From contig NC_007517.1 of NCBI RefSeq assembly GCF_000012925.1, positions 70,351 to 134,350 of the forward strand: 64,000 bases of DNA. Reading direction: 5' to 3'. Below the pieces are notes generated by a model. That model had not been told where the DNA came from and did not search any database. It worked only from the letters and a program-made list of their open reading frames with translations. This stretch comes from Geobacter metallireducens GS-15. Lineage in GTDB: Bacteria > Desulfobacterota > Desulfuromonadia > Geobacterales > Geobacteraceae. Below, piece after piece: positions 1-12,643 of this stretch; within the stretch, counting starts at the first letter, position 1, and each line of letters opens with the position of its first letter. The position numbers and the translations under genes were made by a program.

Positions 1-49
1 CTCATACGATTGAACGTAACCGAGCACACTATACACGGAGGAACAGACC

Positions 50-241
50 ATGGGCAGAATGAGAGAAAATCCGCGGTACAACGTCATATCCATGAGAATC
101 AGCGACGAGGAGCGTGATCGGCTCCAGCAGATAATGGAGGCAACCCAGAAGAGTGTCTCCGACATCATGCGCGAGGCCATGGAGATTTTCGCCGTTCAAT
201 TGCAAAAGACGGAGCAGCCCCACCACCAGAAGGCCGCTTAA
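50..241 (+). CDS. small ribbon-helix-helix (CopG/Arc-like) DNA-binding protein, 63 aa
   Basis: ATG at 50 is preceded by an RBS, acggagga. The N-terminal segment NVISMRISDEERDRL resembles the RHH beta-strand/helix motif. A rho-independent terminator follows immediately. Confidence 0.4.
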   Translation: MGRMRENPRYNVISMRISDEERDRLQQIMEATQKSVSDIMREAMEIFAVQLQKTEQPHHQKAA

Positions 242-242
242 G

Positions 243-275
243 AAAAAAGGGCCGCTACTTGCGGCCCTTTTTCTT
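243..275. terminator. bidirectional rho-independent terminator shared by the RHH gene (+) and cysS (-)
   Basis: Stem gggccgc(249-255)/gcggccc(261-267) with loop tactt. It is flanked by an A-run upstream and a T-run downstream. Confidence 0.6.
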
Positions 276-330
276 AAGCTGATTGTGCCAAAGGTGTCAC
301 AGGGGATGGGAATCCTGTGGCAACCATATG

Positions 331-1788
<1,458 letters not shown>

Positions 1789-1807
1789 GCAACTAACCTC
1801 TTTGAGT

Positions 1808-3469
1808 TTATTTCTTGGTCCAGGAATCCCGCAGGGTCACCGTCCGGTTGAAGACCGGCGCCCCTGGTCGTGAATCCTTCAGGTCAACGCAGAAGTATCC
1901 CTGCCGTTCAAACTGGAAGCGGTCCTCGGCCTGGGCTGTAGCAAGGGAGGGTTCCAGCCGGCAGTCGGCCAGAATCTCCATGGATGCCGGATTCAGGTGG
2001 TCCTTCCAGTCGTCGCCGGAGGGGTTAGGGTCGGTGAAGAGCCGGTCGTAGAGGCGCACCTTCGCTGTTTCGGCGTGGCGGGCCGACACCCAGTGGATGA
2101 CCCCCTTCACCTTCCGCTCGGACCCTGGGAGACCGCTGCGGGTTTCGGGATCGTAGGTACAGCGGACCGCGGTGACGGCGCCCTCGGCATCCTTCTCCAC
2201 GTCGACGCACTTAATGATGTATGCCCCCCGCAGCCGGATCTCCTCCCCGGGGGAGAGGCGCTTGAATCCCTTGGGGGGAACTTCCGCAAAATCATCCTGC
2301 TCGATGAAGAGCTCGCTGCAGAAGGGGACCACCCGGCTCCCCAGCTCAGGCTTCTGGGGGTGGTACGGGATGGTGAGCTCCTCCGCCTCCCCTTCCGGAT
2401 AATCCTCTATGACGAGCCGCAGGGGCTTCAGCACCGCCATGACCCGGGGTGCCCGCTCGTTCAGGTCCTGGCGAACGCTCTCCTCCAGGATGCTCATGTC
2501 GATCCAGCTGTCGCTCCGCCCCACGCCGATGGTCTCGCAGAAGTTTCTGACCGCCTCGGGAGTGTAGCCACGGCGCCGGATCCCCATGATGGTAGGCATG
2601 CGCGGGTCGTCCCAGCCGGAGACGTCGCCGTCCTTCACCAACTGCAGGAGCTTGCGCTTGCTCATGACCGCGTAGGTGAGGTTCAGGCGCGCGAACTCGT
2701 ACTGGCGGGGGCGGTTGGGCACCGGCAGGTTGTCCAGGAACCACTCGTAGAGAGGCTTGTGGTCCTCGAACTCCAGGGTGCAGATGGAGTGGGTGATCCC
2801 CTCGATGGCGTCGGACTGGCCGTGGGCGTAGTCGTACATGGGGTAGATGCGCCAGGCGTCACCCACGTGGGGGTGGGAGGCGTGGATGATCCGGTACATG
2901 ACCGGGTCCCGGAGGTTCATGTTGGGGGAGGCCATGTCTATCTTCGCCCGGAGCACCTTGGCGCCGTCGGGAAACTCCCCGGCCCGCATCCGGCGGAAAA
3001 GATCCAGGTTCTCCTCCGGGGAGCGGTTGCGCCAGGGGCTCTCCTTCCCCGCCTCGGTCAGGGTGCCGCGGTGGGCCCGGATCTCCTCGGCCGTCAGGTC
3101 GTCCACGTAGGCCTTCCCCTGGAGGATTAGGTGCTCTGCCCACTGGTAGAGCTGCTCGAAGTACTCGGAGGCGTAGTAGAGGTGCGTCCCCCATGAGAAG
3201 CCGAGCCACCGCACGCTTTCCTTGATGGATTCCACATACTCGGTTTCTTCCTTTACCGGGTTCGTGTCGTCGAAGCGGAGGTGGCAGCGGCCCCCGAACT
3301 CCTTTGCCAGGCCGAAGTTCAGGCAGATGGACTTGGCGTGGCCGATGTGGAGATAGCCGTTGGGCTCAGGGGGGAAGCGGGTGACGATGGTTTCGCGTTT
3401 GCCGCCCTTCAGGTCCTCCTGAACGATGGTGCGGAGGAAGTTGGCGGTGTGGGGCGTTTCGGTTGACAT
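1808..3469 (-). CDS. glnS: glutaminyl-tRNA synthetase
   Basis: 553 aa. HIGH motif (LHIGHAKS) and VMSKR motif, with a GlnS-like anticodon-binding C-terminus. Confidence 0.95.
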   Translation of the reverse strand: MSTETPHTANFLRTIVQEDLKGGKRETIVTRFPPEPNGYLHIGHAKSICLNFGLAKEFGGRCHLRFDDTNPVKEETEYVESIKESVRWLGFSWGTHLYYASEYFEQLYQWAEHLILQGKAYVDDLTAEEIRAHRGTLTEAGKESPWRNRSPEENLDLFRRMRAGEFPDGAKVLRAKIDMASPNMNLRDPVMYRIIHASHPHVGDAWRIYPMYDYAHGQSDAIEGITHSICTLEFEDHKPLYEWFLDNLPVPNRPRQYEFARLNLTYAVMSKRKLLQLVKDGDVSGWDDPRMPTIMGIRRRGYTPEAVRNFCETIGVGRSDSWIDMSILEESVRQDLNERAPRVMAVLKPLRLVIEDYPEGEAEELTIPYHPQKPELGSRVVPFCSELFIEQDDFAEVPPKGFKRLSPGEEIRLRGAYIIKCVDVEKDAEGAVTAVRCTYDPETRSGLPGSERKVKGVIHWVSARHAETAKVRLYDRLFTDPNPSGDDWKDHLNPASMEILADCRLEPSLATAQAEDRFQFERQGYFCVDLKDSRPGAPVFNRTVTLRDSWTKK

Positions 3470-3505
3470 GGACTCGATCCTTTGGACGTGATTTCAGGGG
3501 GGGCG

Positions 3506-3979
3506 CTACCTGCGCTCCATGAGGACCACCGCATAAGCGGCGATTCCCTCGCCTCGGCCGGCAAAGCCGAGTTGCTCGGTGGTAGTGGCCTTGACGTTGA
3601 TCCGATCGATCTCAGCGATGAGGTCTTCGGCGAGATTCGCGCGCATCTCCGGGATGAAGGGAGCCAGCTTGGGGCGCTGGGCCACGATGGTGGCATCCAC
3701 GTTGCCGAGGACATATCCCTTCTGGCCGGCCAGGGCCATGACGTGGCGCAGGAGCTTGCGGCTGTCGGCCCCCTTGAACTGGGGGTCGGTGTCGGGGAAG
3801 TGCTTCCCGATGTCCCCAAGGGCCAACGCCCCGAGGATGGCGTCGGCGATGGCATGGAGGAGGACGTCGGCGTCCGAGTGTCCCAAAAGCCCCCGTTCGT
3901 AGGGAACATCAACTCCTCCGAGAATCAGTTTCCGCCCCTCCACGAGGCAATGGACGTCGTAGCCGTGCCCGATTCTCAT
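3506..3979 (-). CDS. ispF: 2-C-methyl-D-erythritol 2,4-cyclodiphosphate synthase
   Basis: 157 aa. [10 protein letters not shown]...GHSDADV signature. It overlaps the ispD stop by 4 nt. Confidence 0.95.
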   Translation of the reverse strand: MRIGHGYDVHCLVEGRKLILGGVDVPYERGLLGHSDADVLLHAIADAILGALALGDIGKHFPDTDPQFKGADSRKLLRHVMALAGQKGYVLGNVDATIVAQRPKLAPFIPEMRANLAEDLIAEIDRINVKATTTEQLGFAGRGEGIAAYAVVLMERR

Positions 3980-4674
3980 GGCAGCTTCTCCTTGATGAAC
4001 GCTTCTGCCAGAACCATATCCTCCGGCGTCGTGATCTTAACGTTGCGGTAGTCTCCCAGAACGATCCGTACCTGTCGCCCCAGGCGTTCCACGAGCATGG
4101 CGTCGTCGGTGCCGAGGAACCGCTCGGCGTCGGCCACCTCGTGGGCTGCGCGGATGACGCCGTAGCGGAAGGCCTGGGGAGTCTGGGCGAGCCAGAGGGT
4201 CTCCCGTGACGGCGTTGCGGTGATGATGCCGTCCTCCACCACCTTCACCGTGTCCTTGGCCGGTACCGCCACAAGGGCTCCGTCGTTTTCCCGGGCCGTT
4301 GCGGTTGCCCGGCCGAGGATATCCTCCGTGACAAAGGGGCGGACCCCGTCGTGGATGAGAATCACGTCGTACTCCCCCGCCGTCCCCTCCATGGCCCGCA
4401 GGCCGTTCAGTACCGACTGCTGACGCTCGGCTCCGCCGGCAACGATGCTCCGCACCTTCGAAAAGCCGTGCCGCTCCACCACCTGCTCCCGGCAGAAAGG
4501 GATCTCGTCCGCTGGAATCACGACGAAGATGCCGTCCACCAGGGGGGAGCGCTCGAAGACTTCCAGGGTGCGGGCAAGGATCGGCATTCCGCCCAGGAGC
4601 AGATACTGCTTGTTGATGGAGGCACCCATCCGCTTGCCCATGCCTGCCGCTGGAATCAGGGCGAAAACTGCCAT
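3976..4674 (-). CDS. ispD: 2-C-methyl-D-erythritol 4-phosphate cytidylyltransferase
   Basis: 232 aa. N-terminal AAGMGKRMG nucleotidyltransferase motif. It is translationally coupled to ispF. Confidence 0.9.
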   Translation of the reverse strand: MAVFALIPAAGMGKRMGASINKQYLLLGGMPILARTLEVFERSPLVDGIFVVIPADEIPFCREQVVERHGFSKVRSIVAGGAERQQSVLNGLRAMEGTAGEYDVILIHDGVRPFVTEDILGRATATARENDGALVAVPAKDTVKVVEDGIITATPSRETLWLAQTPQAFRYGVIRAAHEVADAERFLGTDDAMLVERLGRQVRIVLGDYRNVKITTPEDMVLAEAFIKEKLP

Positions 4675-4789
4675 GTGTCGACCTCATTACGGGCCGGTGC
4701 GCTGCGGGAGCAGCCGGCCGGAATTATCCGATTATACAAAAGGATAGGCAAAAGACCAGACAAAAGTCGCGCCACAACGGTAGGAGTTC

Positions 4790-6229
4790 CTAGTCGGCAA
4801 GACTGCTGAGGGCCGCGGCTATGAACGGGATATCGTCATCCTGGAGGGTGCGGACATCGAGGAGGAACCGTCCCCTGTGGATGCGGCCGGTGACCGGAAC
4901 CTCCATTCCCCGGAGGCGGATTTCCATCTCCTGGGGAGAGATGCCGTCGGCCTCCATGGCCATGAGGGTCGTTGGCAGTTCGAGGAGGGGATAGGCTCCT
5001 CCCCCCACCTGGGAGATGCCGCTGGTGAGGGTGAGTCGGATGTCCGGCGGGGATGCCCGGCGGATGCGTCGCGCAAAGCTCCTGGCACGGGTCGCCAGCT
5101 CCGCGGCCGACGCGGTAAGCATCCGGAGGGTCGGGATCTCGGCCAGGGCCAGCCGTTCGTCCCGGTAGAGGCGGAGCGTTCCTTCCAGTGCAGCCAGGGT
5201 CAGCTTGTCGATCCGCAGCGCCCGCAGGAGGGGATGCTGCGTGAGGGGAGCGATGAATTCCCTGCGGCCGACGATGATCCCTGCCTGGGGGCCGCCGAGG
5301 AGCTTGTCGCCGCTGAAGGTGATGACGTCGACTCCCGCCTTGACGAATTCCTGAACCGTCGGCTCGCCCCGGATGCCGAAGGGAGAGAGGTCCAGGAGGC
5401 ATCCACTCCCGATGTCGGCCATGACCGGCACGGAATGCTCTTTGCCGATGGCGACAAGCTCGGTGGCGGACACTTCGGCAGTAAAGCCGACCACGGCAAA
5501 ATTGCTGGAATGGACCTTGAGGAGAAGCGCCGTCTGCTCCGAGACCGCCTGGTGGTAGTCGCGGGGATGGGTCCGGTTGGTGGTCCCCACCTCCCGGAGA
5601 ATAGCGCCTCCCTGCCCCATGACATCGGGAATGCGGAAGGACCCCCCAATCTCCACCAGTTCCCCCCGGGAAACGACGACTTCCTTCCCGGCCGCCAGGG
5701 CCGACAGGGCAAGGAGCACGGCGGCAGCGTTATTGTTCACCACCAGGGCCGCCTCGGCACCGGTCAGGTCGCAGAGAAGCCGTTCCACGTGGCTGTAACG
5801 GCTTCCCCGCTCTCCCTTTTCCAGGTCGAATTCGAGGTTGGAGTAGCCGAAGGCGATCTCGTCCAGGAGCGGTTTCACCCGCTTCGACAGGGGGGAGCGC
5901 CCCAGGTTCGTATGGATCACGACGCCGGTCCCGTTGACCACACGCCGCAGACTGAAGGCGGTCGAGCGGGCAACTTCCCGCTCGATTCTCGACGCTACCG
6001 CACCTTCGAGCAGTTCCTCTTCCTTGAGAAAGCCGCTGCGGGCAGCGGTGCGGAGGGAGTCAAGAACGGACCTGACAGCGTTGAGGACGGTCGGGCGGGG
6101 ATGAATGCCGAGAAGGACCTTGGTCCCATCCCATTCGAGAATTTTGTCAACTTTGGGGATACGCGCAAAGAGCGTCACGGGGGCGTCCTCTGTCTGGGGA
6201 GGTGGAGGTTGTGGAACGAGAAACCTCAC
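4790..6229 (-). CDS. selA: L-seryl-tRNA(Sec) selenium transferase
   Basis: 479 aa PLP-dependent SelA-like sequence (KLLGGPQAGIIVG, N-terminal PKVDKIL). The true start may be the internal GTG (VTLFARIP) preceded by gaggac. Confidence 0.85.
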   Translation of the reverse strand: MRFLVPQPPPPQTEDAPVTLFARIPKVDKILEWDGTKVLLGIHPRPTVLNAVRSVLDSLRTAARSGFLKEEELLEGAVASRIEREVARSTAFSLRRVVNGTGVVIHTNLGRSPLSKRVKPLLDEIAFGYSNLEFDLEKGERGSRYSHVERLLCDLTGAEAALVVNNNAAAVLLALSALAAGKEVVVSRGELVEIGGSFRIPDVMGQGGAILREVGTTNRTHPRDYHQAVSEQTALLLKVHSSNFAVVGFTAEVSATELVAIGKEHSVPVMADIGSGCLLDLSPFGIRGEPTVQEFVKAGVDVITFSGDKLLGGPQAGIIVGRREFIAPLTQHPLLRALRIDKLTLAALEGTLRLYRDERLALAEIPTLRMLTASAAELATRARSFARRIRRASPPDIRLTLTSGISQVGGGAYPLLELPTTLMAMEADGISPQEMEIRLRGMEVPVTGRIHRGRFLLDVRTLQDDDIPFIAAALSSLAD

Positions 6230-6283
6230 TACCAGATCGATGCCGGCCTGTCAAGGCCGCCCCGTGACAGGGAAAAGGAAGTG

Positions 6284-6988
6284 TTAGAGGTCGAGATGGA
6301 GGGCGGCTGCGCGCTCCGCCGGCTTGAGGGGAGGCGCTCCGTCGTTCTGCATGAGGACCTTGCCGCCGTACTCGGCGTTTTTCCGGACGAGAACTTCGGC
6401 CTTGTCCGGGTCCCGCTTGAGGAAAGCCTCGATGATTTTATCGTGCTCCTGCACCGATATCTTCATCCGTCCGGGTAGGCTCAGGGACGCGTAGCGCAGG
6501 CGCTGGAACTTGCGAACGAGGTTTGTAATCAGTTCGTAGAGCTTTTCGTTGTCGGCTGCCTTGAGGAAAAGATCGTGAAAGTCATTATGGATTCGAAAGA
6601 AGTGCTTGATGTCACCGTCGTCGGCCATGTGCCGAAGCCGGTCATTGATGTTGCGGAGTCGCTCGATATCCTTCGAGGAGAGTTTTTCGCAGGCCCGGCG
6701 GGCCGCATACCCTTCGAGGATGCTCTTGATGGCGTAAAATTCCTCCACATCCCGGGGGGAGAAGGCCGTTACCACAGCACCCTTGCGGGGGATGACGGTC
6801 AGGTACCCTTCCGACTCCAGCTGGCGGAACGCCTCGCGGATCGGGGTGCGGCTGATGCCGAAACGCTCGGCGAGGTCGGGCTCGGCAACCTTTTCCCCCG
6901 GCCTGAGCGCGCCGGTCATGATGGCGTCGCGGATGGTTTCGAGTATCTTTTCCCTGAGGGTCAGGTGCTTTTCCAGCGTTTTTTTCAT
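6284..6988 (-). CDS. GntR/FadR-family transcriptional regulator
   Basis: 234 aa. N-terminal winged HTH (LAERFGISRTPIREAFRQLESEGYL) with a FadR-type C-terminal (FCD) domain. Confidence 0.85.
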   Translation of the reverse strand: MKKTLEKHLTLREKILETIRDAIMTGALRPGEKVAEPDLAERFGISRTPIREAFRQLESEGYLTVIPRKGAVVTAFSPRDVEEFYAIKSILEGYAARRACEKLSSKDIERLRNINDRLRHMADDGDIKHFFRIHNDFHDLFLKAADNEKLYELITNLVRKFQRLRYASLSLPGRMKISVQEHDKIIEAFLKRDPDKAEVLVRKNAEYGGKVLMQNDGAPPLKPAERAAALHLDL

Positions 6989-7018
6989 TGAATCACTCCG
7001 GTAGGGGGTGCTTGCTTA

Positions 7019-7035
7019 TTGTATACAGTATACAA
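7019..7035. promoter_or_regulatory. perfect palindrome TTGTATAC-A-GTATACAA, candidate GntR autoregulatory operator
   Basis: 17-bp perfect inverted repeat about 30 nt upstream of the gntR start. It lies in the divergent gntR / K+ channel intergenic region. A GT-N-AC core is typical of GntR-family operators. Confidence 0.4.
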
Positions 7036-7153
7036 GAATTGTCAAGCAGGAGTTAACATGGCCTAAAAAAAAGAAAAAAGAGCGGTTCGTGGCCCGGTTA
7101 CGCTCTTGCCAAGGAGGCTGGTCCGATAGTATCTTGAGTGCGAAAGAGAGGCC

Positions 7154-8209
7154 ATGGACCCCGTACGCCATTTTAAAATTTCCATAGCTGTTCTGCTGCT
7201 CCTCGTCTCTGTCGGGACGGCCGGCTACATGGCCATTGAGGGGTGGCAGTTCCTCGACGCTCTCTACATGACGGTCATCACCCTCGGCACCGTGGGTTTC
7301 AAGGAGGTCCACGACCTAAGCAATGCGGGGAAGATATTCACCATCGGGTTGATAATTTTCGGGGTGAGCGTTCTCGGCTACATCGTCGGCAGTCTCGCCC
7401 AGATCATGTTCGAGGGGCAGATACAGCGGATCATCGGGAGGAAGAAGGTGGAGCGAAAGATAGAGGCCCTGCATGACCACTACATCATCTGCGGCTTTGG
7501 CCGGATCGGCGCCCTCATCTGCCGGGAATTCGCGGCCAAGCCGATGCCGTTTCTGGTCATCGAGAAGCATCCGGAGGTGCACGAGAAACTGCACCATGAG
7601 GAGTACCTCCACATCCGGGGCGACGCCACCGAGGACGAGACGCTGCTGCGGGCCGGGATCAAGCGGGCCAAGGGGCTGATCTCGGTGGTCACCTCCGATA
7701 CGGAGAACGTCTACATAACCCTCACGGCCCGGGGGCTCAACCCCGACCTCTTTATTCTGGCCCGCTCCGGCGAGGAGGGGTCCGAACTCAAGCTCAAGCG
7801 GGCCGGCGCCAACAAGGTGGTTTCGCCGTACGTCATCGGCGGGAGCCGGATGGCCCAGGCGATCCTTCGCCCCAACGTGGTGGATTTCATCGAGATCGCC
7901 ACGGGCCGGGAGCACCTGGATCTTCAGATGGAGGAGATTCAAATTCCCGAGAAATCAGCCTTTATTGGCGAGAACCTGGTAACTTCCGGATTCCGCAAGG
8001 AGACCGGCGTCATCATTGTGGGGATAAAAAAGGCCTCGGGCAAGATGGTTTTCAACCCGAATCCCCACACCAAGATAGAAGCCCTCGACACCCTTATCGT
8101 CCTCGGCGAACCGGTGGCTATTACAAAGCTGGAGCAACTGGTCGCCTGCGAATCGTGCGCCGATACGATCATCAAAAAACACCGAAAAGAGCACCCCGAT
8201 CATGTCTAA
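7154..8209 (+). CDS. potassium channel protein with TrkA-N/TrkA-C (RCK) domains
   Basis: 351 aa. Two TM segments around a TLGTVGF selectivity-filter-like motif. The RCK domain carries a Rossmann motif (IICGFGRIG) and a TrkA-C tail. Confidence 0.8.
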   Translation: MDPVRHFKISIAVLLLLVSVGTAGYMAIEGWQFLDALYMTVITLGTVGFKEVHDLSNAGKIFTIGLIIFGVSVLGYIVGSLAQIMFEGQIQRIIGRKKVERKIEALHDHYIICGFGRIGALICREFAAKPMPFLVIEKHPEVHEKLHHEEYLHIRGDATEDETLLRAGIKRAKGLISVVTSDTENVYITLTARGLNPDLFILARSGEEGSELKLKRAGANKVVSPYVIGGSRMAQAILRPNVVDFIEIATGREHLDLQMEEIQIPEKSAFIGENLVTSGFRKETGVIIVGIKKASGKMVFNPNPHTKIEALDTLIVLGEPVAITKLEQLVACESCADTIIKKHRKEHPDHV

Positions 8210-8972
8210 TTGCGTCTATGCCCACGTCCCCTATTCGATGCTGGCGGCAAACCTGCCAGCCATTATCTCCCGGCGTATCAACCCGGAGATATTTTTTTCC
8301 GGCGATACCCTCGATACCCTCGTCCCCGAGGAAGTGGGCGCAATCGCCGGGCAGCTGGCCGAGGCGGGGCTCCGCTGTACCTTCCACGGGGCCTTTATCG
8401 ACCTGAATCCCGGGTCGGTGGAGCGCCTCATCCGCGAGGCGACCATGCACCGCTTCGGGCAGGTGCTGGATGCGGCGCAAATCCTCAAACCCGACGTCAT
8501 CGTCTTCCATCCGGGATACGACAAGTGGCGCTATGGTGAGAGCCAGGACAAGTGGCTTGCCCACAGCATTGTCGCGTGGCGGCAGGTGCTTGAGCGGACC
8601 GACTCCCTCGGCACCACCATCGCAGTGGAGAACATCTTCGAGGAGGAGCCGTCGACCCTGAAGGCGCTTTTTGAGGCAATCGACCACCCCCGTCTGCGGC
8701 ACTGCTTCGACGTGGGGCACTGGAACCTGTTCCACACCGTGGGGATGGAGGAGTGGTTCGCCGAACTGGGCTCTTTCGTGGCCGAGGCCCATATCCACGA
8801 CAATTTCGGCAAACGGGATGACCACCTACCCCTTGGGGAGGCAGCCATCGACTTTGACCTCTTTTTCTCCCTCATGGAGCGTTACGCCCCCGGCGCCGCG
8901 TGGACCATCGAGGCCCATTGCCGCGACGCCCTCGACCGGGCGCTGGTCGCCATCGAGAAATACCGCACGTGA
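8202..8972 (+). CDS. sugar phosphate isomerase/epimerase (xylose isomerase-like TIM barrel)
   Basis: 256 aa. The motifs [18 protein letters not shown] and AHIHDNFG are typical of the AP endonuclease 2 / Xyl-isomerase-like TIM family. It overlaps the upstream gene by 8 nt. Confidence 0.75.
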   Translation: MSNCVYAHVPYSMLAANLPAIISRRINPEIFFSGDTLDTLVPEEVGAIAGQLAEAGLRCTFHGAFIDLNPGSVERLIREATMHRFGQVLDAAQILKPDVIVFHPGYDKWRYGESQDKWLAHSIVAWRQVLERTDSLGTTIAVENIFEEEPSTLKALFEAIDHPRLRHCFDVGHWNLFHTVGMEEWFAELGSFVAEAHIHDNFGKRDDHLPLGEAAIDFDLFFSLMERYAPGAAWTIEAHCRDALDRALVAIEKYRT

Positions 8973-8976
8973 CCAT

Positions 8977-8997
8977 GGCCCGCGCAAGCGGGCTTTT
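8977..8997 (+). terminator. rho-independent terminator after the TIM-barrel gene
   Basis: gcccgc-gcaa-gcgggc hairpin followed by ttttt. Confidence 0.5.
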
Positions 8998-9017
8998 TCA
9001 TGGATTTCTGTGGAGGG

Positions 9018-10502
9018 CTACAGATAGGGGGAGAAGAGCTTGGCCACCCCGTCCCGCAGCTTTTCCGGCAGGGGGCGGTTGTCCATTTGCTCGAGGGTTA
9101 CCTCGCGGGACCGGGCCAGCACGCCGGCTACATGCTTGGTCAGGGTTCCGGCGAATTCCCGGTCATAGACCTCCAGGTTCAGCTCGAAGTTGAGGCGGAG
9201 GCTGCGGGGATCGAGATTGGCGGAGCCGATGAGGCTCCAGAGGCCGTCCACAATGAAGAGCTTGGTGTGGACGAAGGGGGGAGGTTGGTAGAAGACCCGG
9301 ATCCCCTGCTGGAGGAGCTCCCAGAGGTAGGCCCGGGAGGCCCAGTGGACAAAGGGAAGGTTGTTCTTCTCGGGGAGGACGAGAGTCACTTCCACGCCAC
9401 GCAGGGCAGTGGTGACAAGGGCTGCCACCAGTGCCCGGTCGGGAATGAAATAGGGGGTCATGATCTGCACCTGCCGGGTGGCGCAGGAGAGTGCCCCCAT
9501 GAGGATCAGGAAGAGCTTGCGGAACTCCTTGTCGGGGCCGTCGCCGATGGCCCGGGATATGGCGTGCCCCGCCGCGGGGAGGGGGGGGAAGTGGTGCCGG
9601 TTGTCCAGGAGCTCTCCGGAAACGAAGTACCAGTCTTCCAGGAAGATCTGTTGAAGCTCGCCCACCACCGGCCCTGCGACGGCAAAGTGCAGATCCTTCA
9701 CCACCGTCGGGAGCGGCCGCTCCACCATGTGGCGGTCACCGATGTTCATCCCTCCCGTGAACGCCCGTTCCCCGTCTATAATCAGCATTTTCCTGTGGTT
9801 GCGCAGATTCATGTAAAACCCCTGCCTCAACGGCAGGAAGCGGGCGACCCGGATGCCGGTCCTCTCCATGAGCGTTCGGGCACGGGGGAAGGAATACTTT
9901 TCGCCGAGGCCGTCGATGATGACCCGCACGTCGACCCCCCGCCTCGCGGCGTCGGCCAGGGCATCGATGAAGCGGCGACCCGCGGCGTCCGAGTCGAAGA
10001 TGTAGGTGGAGAGGTGGATCGACCGGCGGGCGCCGGCGATGGCTTCGAGCATGGCAGGATAGGCACCTTCGCCGTTTACCAGGGGGGTGAACCGATTTCC
10101 CGTCACGAGGGGAGTGCTCACCACCCGGTCGGCCAGACGGCGGAGCTCGCTCAGGTACTCGGCGCCGGGGGGGAGGGCCGTGGCGGTGTTCTGTTCGAGG
10201 GTCGATTTGAAGAACTCGGGGTCGGCCAGGCGACGGCCACTTTCGAGCCATGTACGGGCGCGGCGGAAGATCCGGTTGACCCCCATCCCCCAGTAAAAAA
10301 AGGGGCCGAGCAGGGGGATGGTGAGGCAGGTGACGATCCACCCCAGGGAGGAACGGGGATCGCGCTTCATGATCAAGGCGTGCCCTGCCGAAAAGAGCGA
10401 GAGGGCAATGAGGGCCGCTGTTCCCAGTGCTAAGGCCAGTTCGTCGATCACATCACCTCTCCATAACAAGATGCACAAAAACCGCGGCGGGTCGGCCGGC
10501 AC
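9018..10502 (-). CDS. cls: cardiolipin synthase
   Basis: 494 aa. N-terminal TM segments and two HKD motifs (HRKMLIIDGERAFTGGMNI; HTKLFIVDGLWSLIGSANLD). Confidence 0.85.
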   Translation of the reverse strand: MPADPPRFLCILLWRGDVIDELALALGTAALIALSLFSAGHALIMKRDPRSSLGWIVTCLTIPLLGPFFYWGMGVNRIFRRARTWLESGRRLADPEFFKSTLEQNTATALPPGAEYLSELRRLADRVVSTPLVTGNRFTPLVNGEGAYPAMLEAIAGARRSIHLSTYIFDSDAAGRRFIDALADAARRGVDVRVIIDGLGEKYSFPRARTLMERTGIRVARFLPLRQGFYMNLRNHRKMLIIDGERAFTGGMNIGDRHMVERPLPTVVKDLHFAVAGPVVGELQQIFLEDWYFVSGELLDNRHHFPPLPAAGHAISRAIGDGPDKEFRKLFLILMGALSCATRQVQIMTPYFIPDRALVAALVTTALRGVEVTLVLPEKNNLPFVHWASRAYLWELLQQGIRVFYQPPPFVHTKLFIVDGLWSLIGSANLDPRSLRLNFELNLEVYDREFAGTLTKHVAGVLARSREVTLEQMDNRPLPEKLRDGVAKLFSPYL

Positions 10503-10617
10503 ACGTCAAGGTTAGCTCACCGTCCGGTCAAGTCAAGCAGCAGGCCGAAGCCGTTTCTTGAGGTTTCGGGCGGGAATTACTATACTCAGAACCAATACAA
10601 CGATAAAGGAATTATCC

Positions 10618-11958
10618 GTGACGAGAAGCAATCCGCGCCGAACGGCGCTCGACATCCTTCTGCGGGTCGAACGGGACCGCGCCTTTGCCGAGCAGCTCCT
10701 GGACCGGGAGCTTTCCCTGGGGACCCTTACGGGGCCCGACCGGGGGCTTCTGACTGAGCTGGTCTACGGGGTGCTCCGCCGCCAGGGAACCCTCGACTTT
10801 CTGGTGGACGCCTTTGCCGCCAGCCGCAGCGGCAAGCTGGAGCGGGCGATCCTGGTCATCCTTCGGCTCGGGCTCTATCAGCTCTTCTTCCTGGACCGGA
10901 TCCCCACTTCGGCCGCCGTGAACGAATCGGTGAACCTGGCCAAGGCCGTGGCGCCCCGGGCCGCGGGGTTCGTGAACGCGGTGCTGCGCCGGGCCGACCG
11001 GGAGCGGGACTCCCTCCCCTGGCCCGATCGCGGGGCTGACCCCGCTGCCTACATCGCGGTGCGTCACTCCCATCCCCGCTGGCTCGTGGAGCAGTGGATC
11101 GAGCAGCTCGGCATCCCGGAAGCGGAGGAGCTTGCGGTCGCCATGGCCGAGCAGGCCCCCCTTACCATCCGGGTCAATACGCTGAAGACCACCCGAGAGG
11201 CCTTCATGGAGGAGCTTGCCGCCGCCGGGATCACGGCTGAGCCCACCGTCTGGGCGCCCCACGGGGTTCGCATCCTCTCCCGTACGGCAGTCACCACCCT
11301 TCCCGGCTTTGCCGAGGGGCTCTTTACGGTGCAGGACGAGTCGTCGCAGCTGGCGGCGTTTTTTCTCGATCCCCAACCCGGCGAGCGGATTCTCGACGTC
11401 TGTGCCGCCCCCGGGGGCAAGGCCACGTACCTGGCCCAGCTCATGGAAAACCGGGGAGAGGTCCTGGCCTGCGACATCTCGGCCAAGAAGCTCCGGCTCG
11501 TGGCCGAGGCTGCGGCCCGGCTCGGCATCGGCATCATCCGCACCATGGCCGGCGACGCAACGAAGCCCGGTGCCGGTGAGCCCCCCTTCGACCGGATCCT
11601 CCTCGATGCCCCCTGTTCGGGATTCGGCGTCATCCGCCGCAATCCCGAGGGGAAGTGGTGGAAGACCCCCGACGATCTGGCCCGTCTCGCCGCCACCCAG
11701 CGGAACATCCTCGCTGCCGTCGCCCCGAGGCTCCGGCCCGGCGGGGTCCTCCTCTACTCCACCTGCTCGACCATGGTGGCCGAGGACGAAGACGTCGTGG
11801 ATGATTTCCTTTCCCGGCACGAAGATTTTGTGTTAGAAGATTTGAATGCCATTTCCCCCGATTTTCCCGGACAATTTACCGGTCGGGGGCATTTCCGGAG
11901 CTGGCCCCACCGGCACGGCATGGACGGTTTTTTCGCCGCCCGGATCAGAAAGCTCTAG
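10618..11958 (+). CDS. rsmB: 16S rRNA (cytosine967-C5)-methyltransferase
   Basis: NusB-like N-terminus and a SAM-MTase core (DVCAAPGGK, DAPCSG). Start taken at the GTG giving MTRSNPRR. Confidence 0.85.
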   Translation: MTRSNPRRTALDILLRVERDRAFAEQLLDRELSLGTLTGPDRGLLTELVYGVLRRQGTLDFLVDAFAASRSGKLERAILVILRLGLYQLFFLDRIPTSAAVNESVNLAKAVAPRAAGFVNAVLRRADRERDSLPWPDRGADPAAYIAVRHSHPRWLVEQWIEQLGIPEAEELAVAMAEQAPLTIRVNTLKTTREAFMEELAAAGITAEPTVWAPHGVRILSRTAVTTLPGFAEGLFTVQDESSQLAAFFLDPQPGERILDVCAAPGGKATYLAQLMENRGEVLACDISAKKLRLVAEAAARLGIGIIRTMAGDATKPGAGEPPFDRILLDAPCSGFGVIRRNPEGKWWKTPDDLARLAATQRNILAAVAPRLRPGGVLLYSTCSTMVAEDEDVVDDFLSRHEDFVLEDLNAISPDFPGQFTGRGHFRSWPHRHGMDGFFAARIRKL

Positions 11959-11973
11959 CACGTGGAGGATGCA

Positions 11974-12639
11974 ATGAAGAAGATAGCGCCATCAATTCTG
12001 TCCGCCGATTTTTCCCGGCTCGGCGACGAGGTCAGGGCCGTGGCAGCCGCCGGGGCCGACTATATCCACGTGGACGTCATGGACGGGCACTTCGTGCCCA
12101 ACATCACCATCGGTCCCCCGGTGGTGGAGGCGGTCCGGAAGGTGACCGAACTTCCCCTCGACGTGCACCTCATGATCGAAAACCCCGACCGCTACATTCC
12201 CGATTTCGCCAAGGCCGGCTCCGACATCATCGTCGTTCATGCCGAGGCATCGGTTCACCTCCACCGGACCATCCAGCTCATCAAGTCCCTGGGAAAAAAG
12301 GCAGGGGTATCCCTTAACCCGGCCACCCCCCTGTCGGTCCTGGAGTATGTCCTTGACGAACTGGACCTGGTCCTCCTCATGACCGTCAACCCCGGCTTTG
12401 GGGGACAGTCATTCATCGAGGCCTGCCTGCCGAAGATCCAGGCCCTGCGGGCCATGCTCGACCGGCGGGGATGCAATGCCGAACTGGAAGTGGACGGCGG
12501 CGTGAAGATCGACAACATCGACCGGATCGCCCATGCGGGAGCCAATGTCTTCGTGGCCGGAAGCGCCGTTTTCGGAAGCAAAGATTACAAGGAAACAATA
12601 AAAGAACTAAAGCGCCGGGCAAAAGAGCCGATACTGTAA
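11974..12639 (+). CDS. rpe: ribulose-phosphate 3-epimerase
   Basis: [13 protein letters not shown]...[12 protein letters not shown] signature. RBS ggagga lies before the ATG at 11974. Confidence 0.9.
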   Translation: MKKIAPSILSADFSRLGDEVRAVAAAGADYIHVDVMDGHFVPNITIGPPVVEAVRKVTELPLDVHLMIENPDRYIPDFAKAGSDIIVVHAEASVHLHRTIQLIKSLGKKAGVSLNPATPLSVLEYVLDELDLVLLMTVNPGFGGQSFIEACLPKIQALRAMLDRRGCNAELEVDGGVKIDNIDRIAHAGANVFVAGSAVFGSKDYKETIKELKRRAKEPIL

Positions 12640-12643
12640 CTAC

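Noticed and set aside
4877-6478. 533-aa plus-strand ORF antisense to selA. Similar long antisense or shadow ORFs occur at 1021-1851, 1997-3130, 9000-10433, 10612-11820, 14811-16376, 17184-18188, 24364-26814, 35720-38137, 41997-43358, 49898-51097, 54047-55228, 55937-57271, 58142-59623 and 59627-61159.
   Set aside because: Each lies opposite a gene with strong family signatures. Their translations are low-complexity and rich in Gly, Arg, Pro and Ala, as expected of stop-poor alternative frames in ~65% GC DNA.
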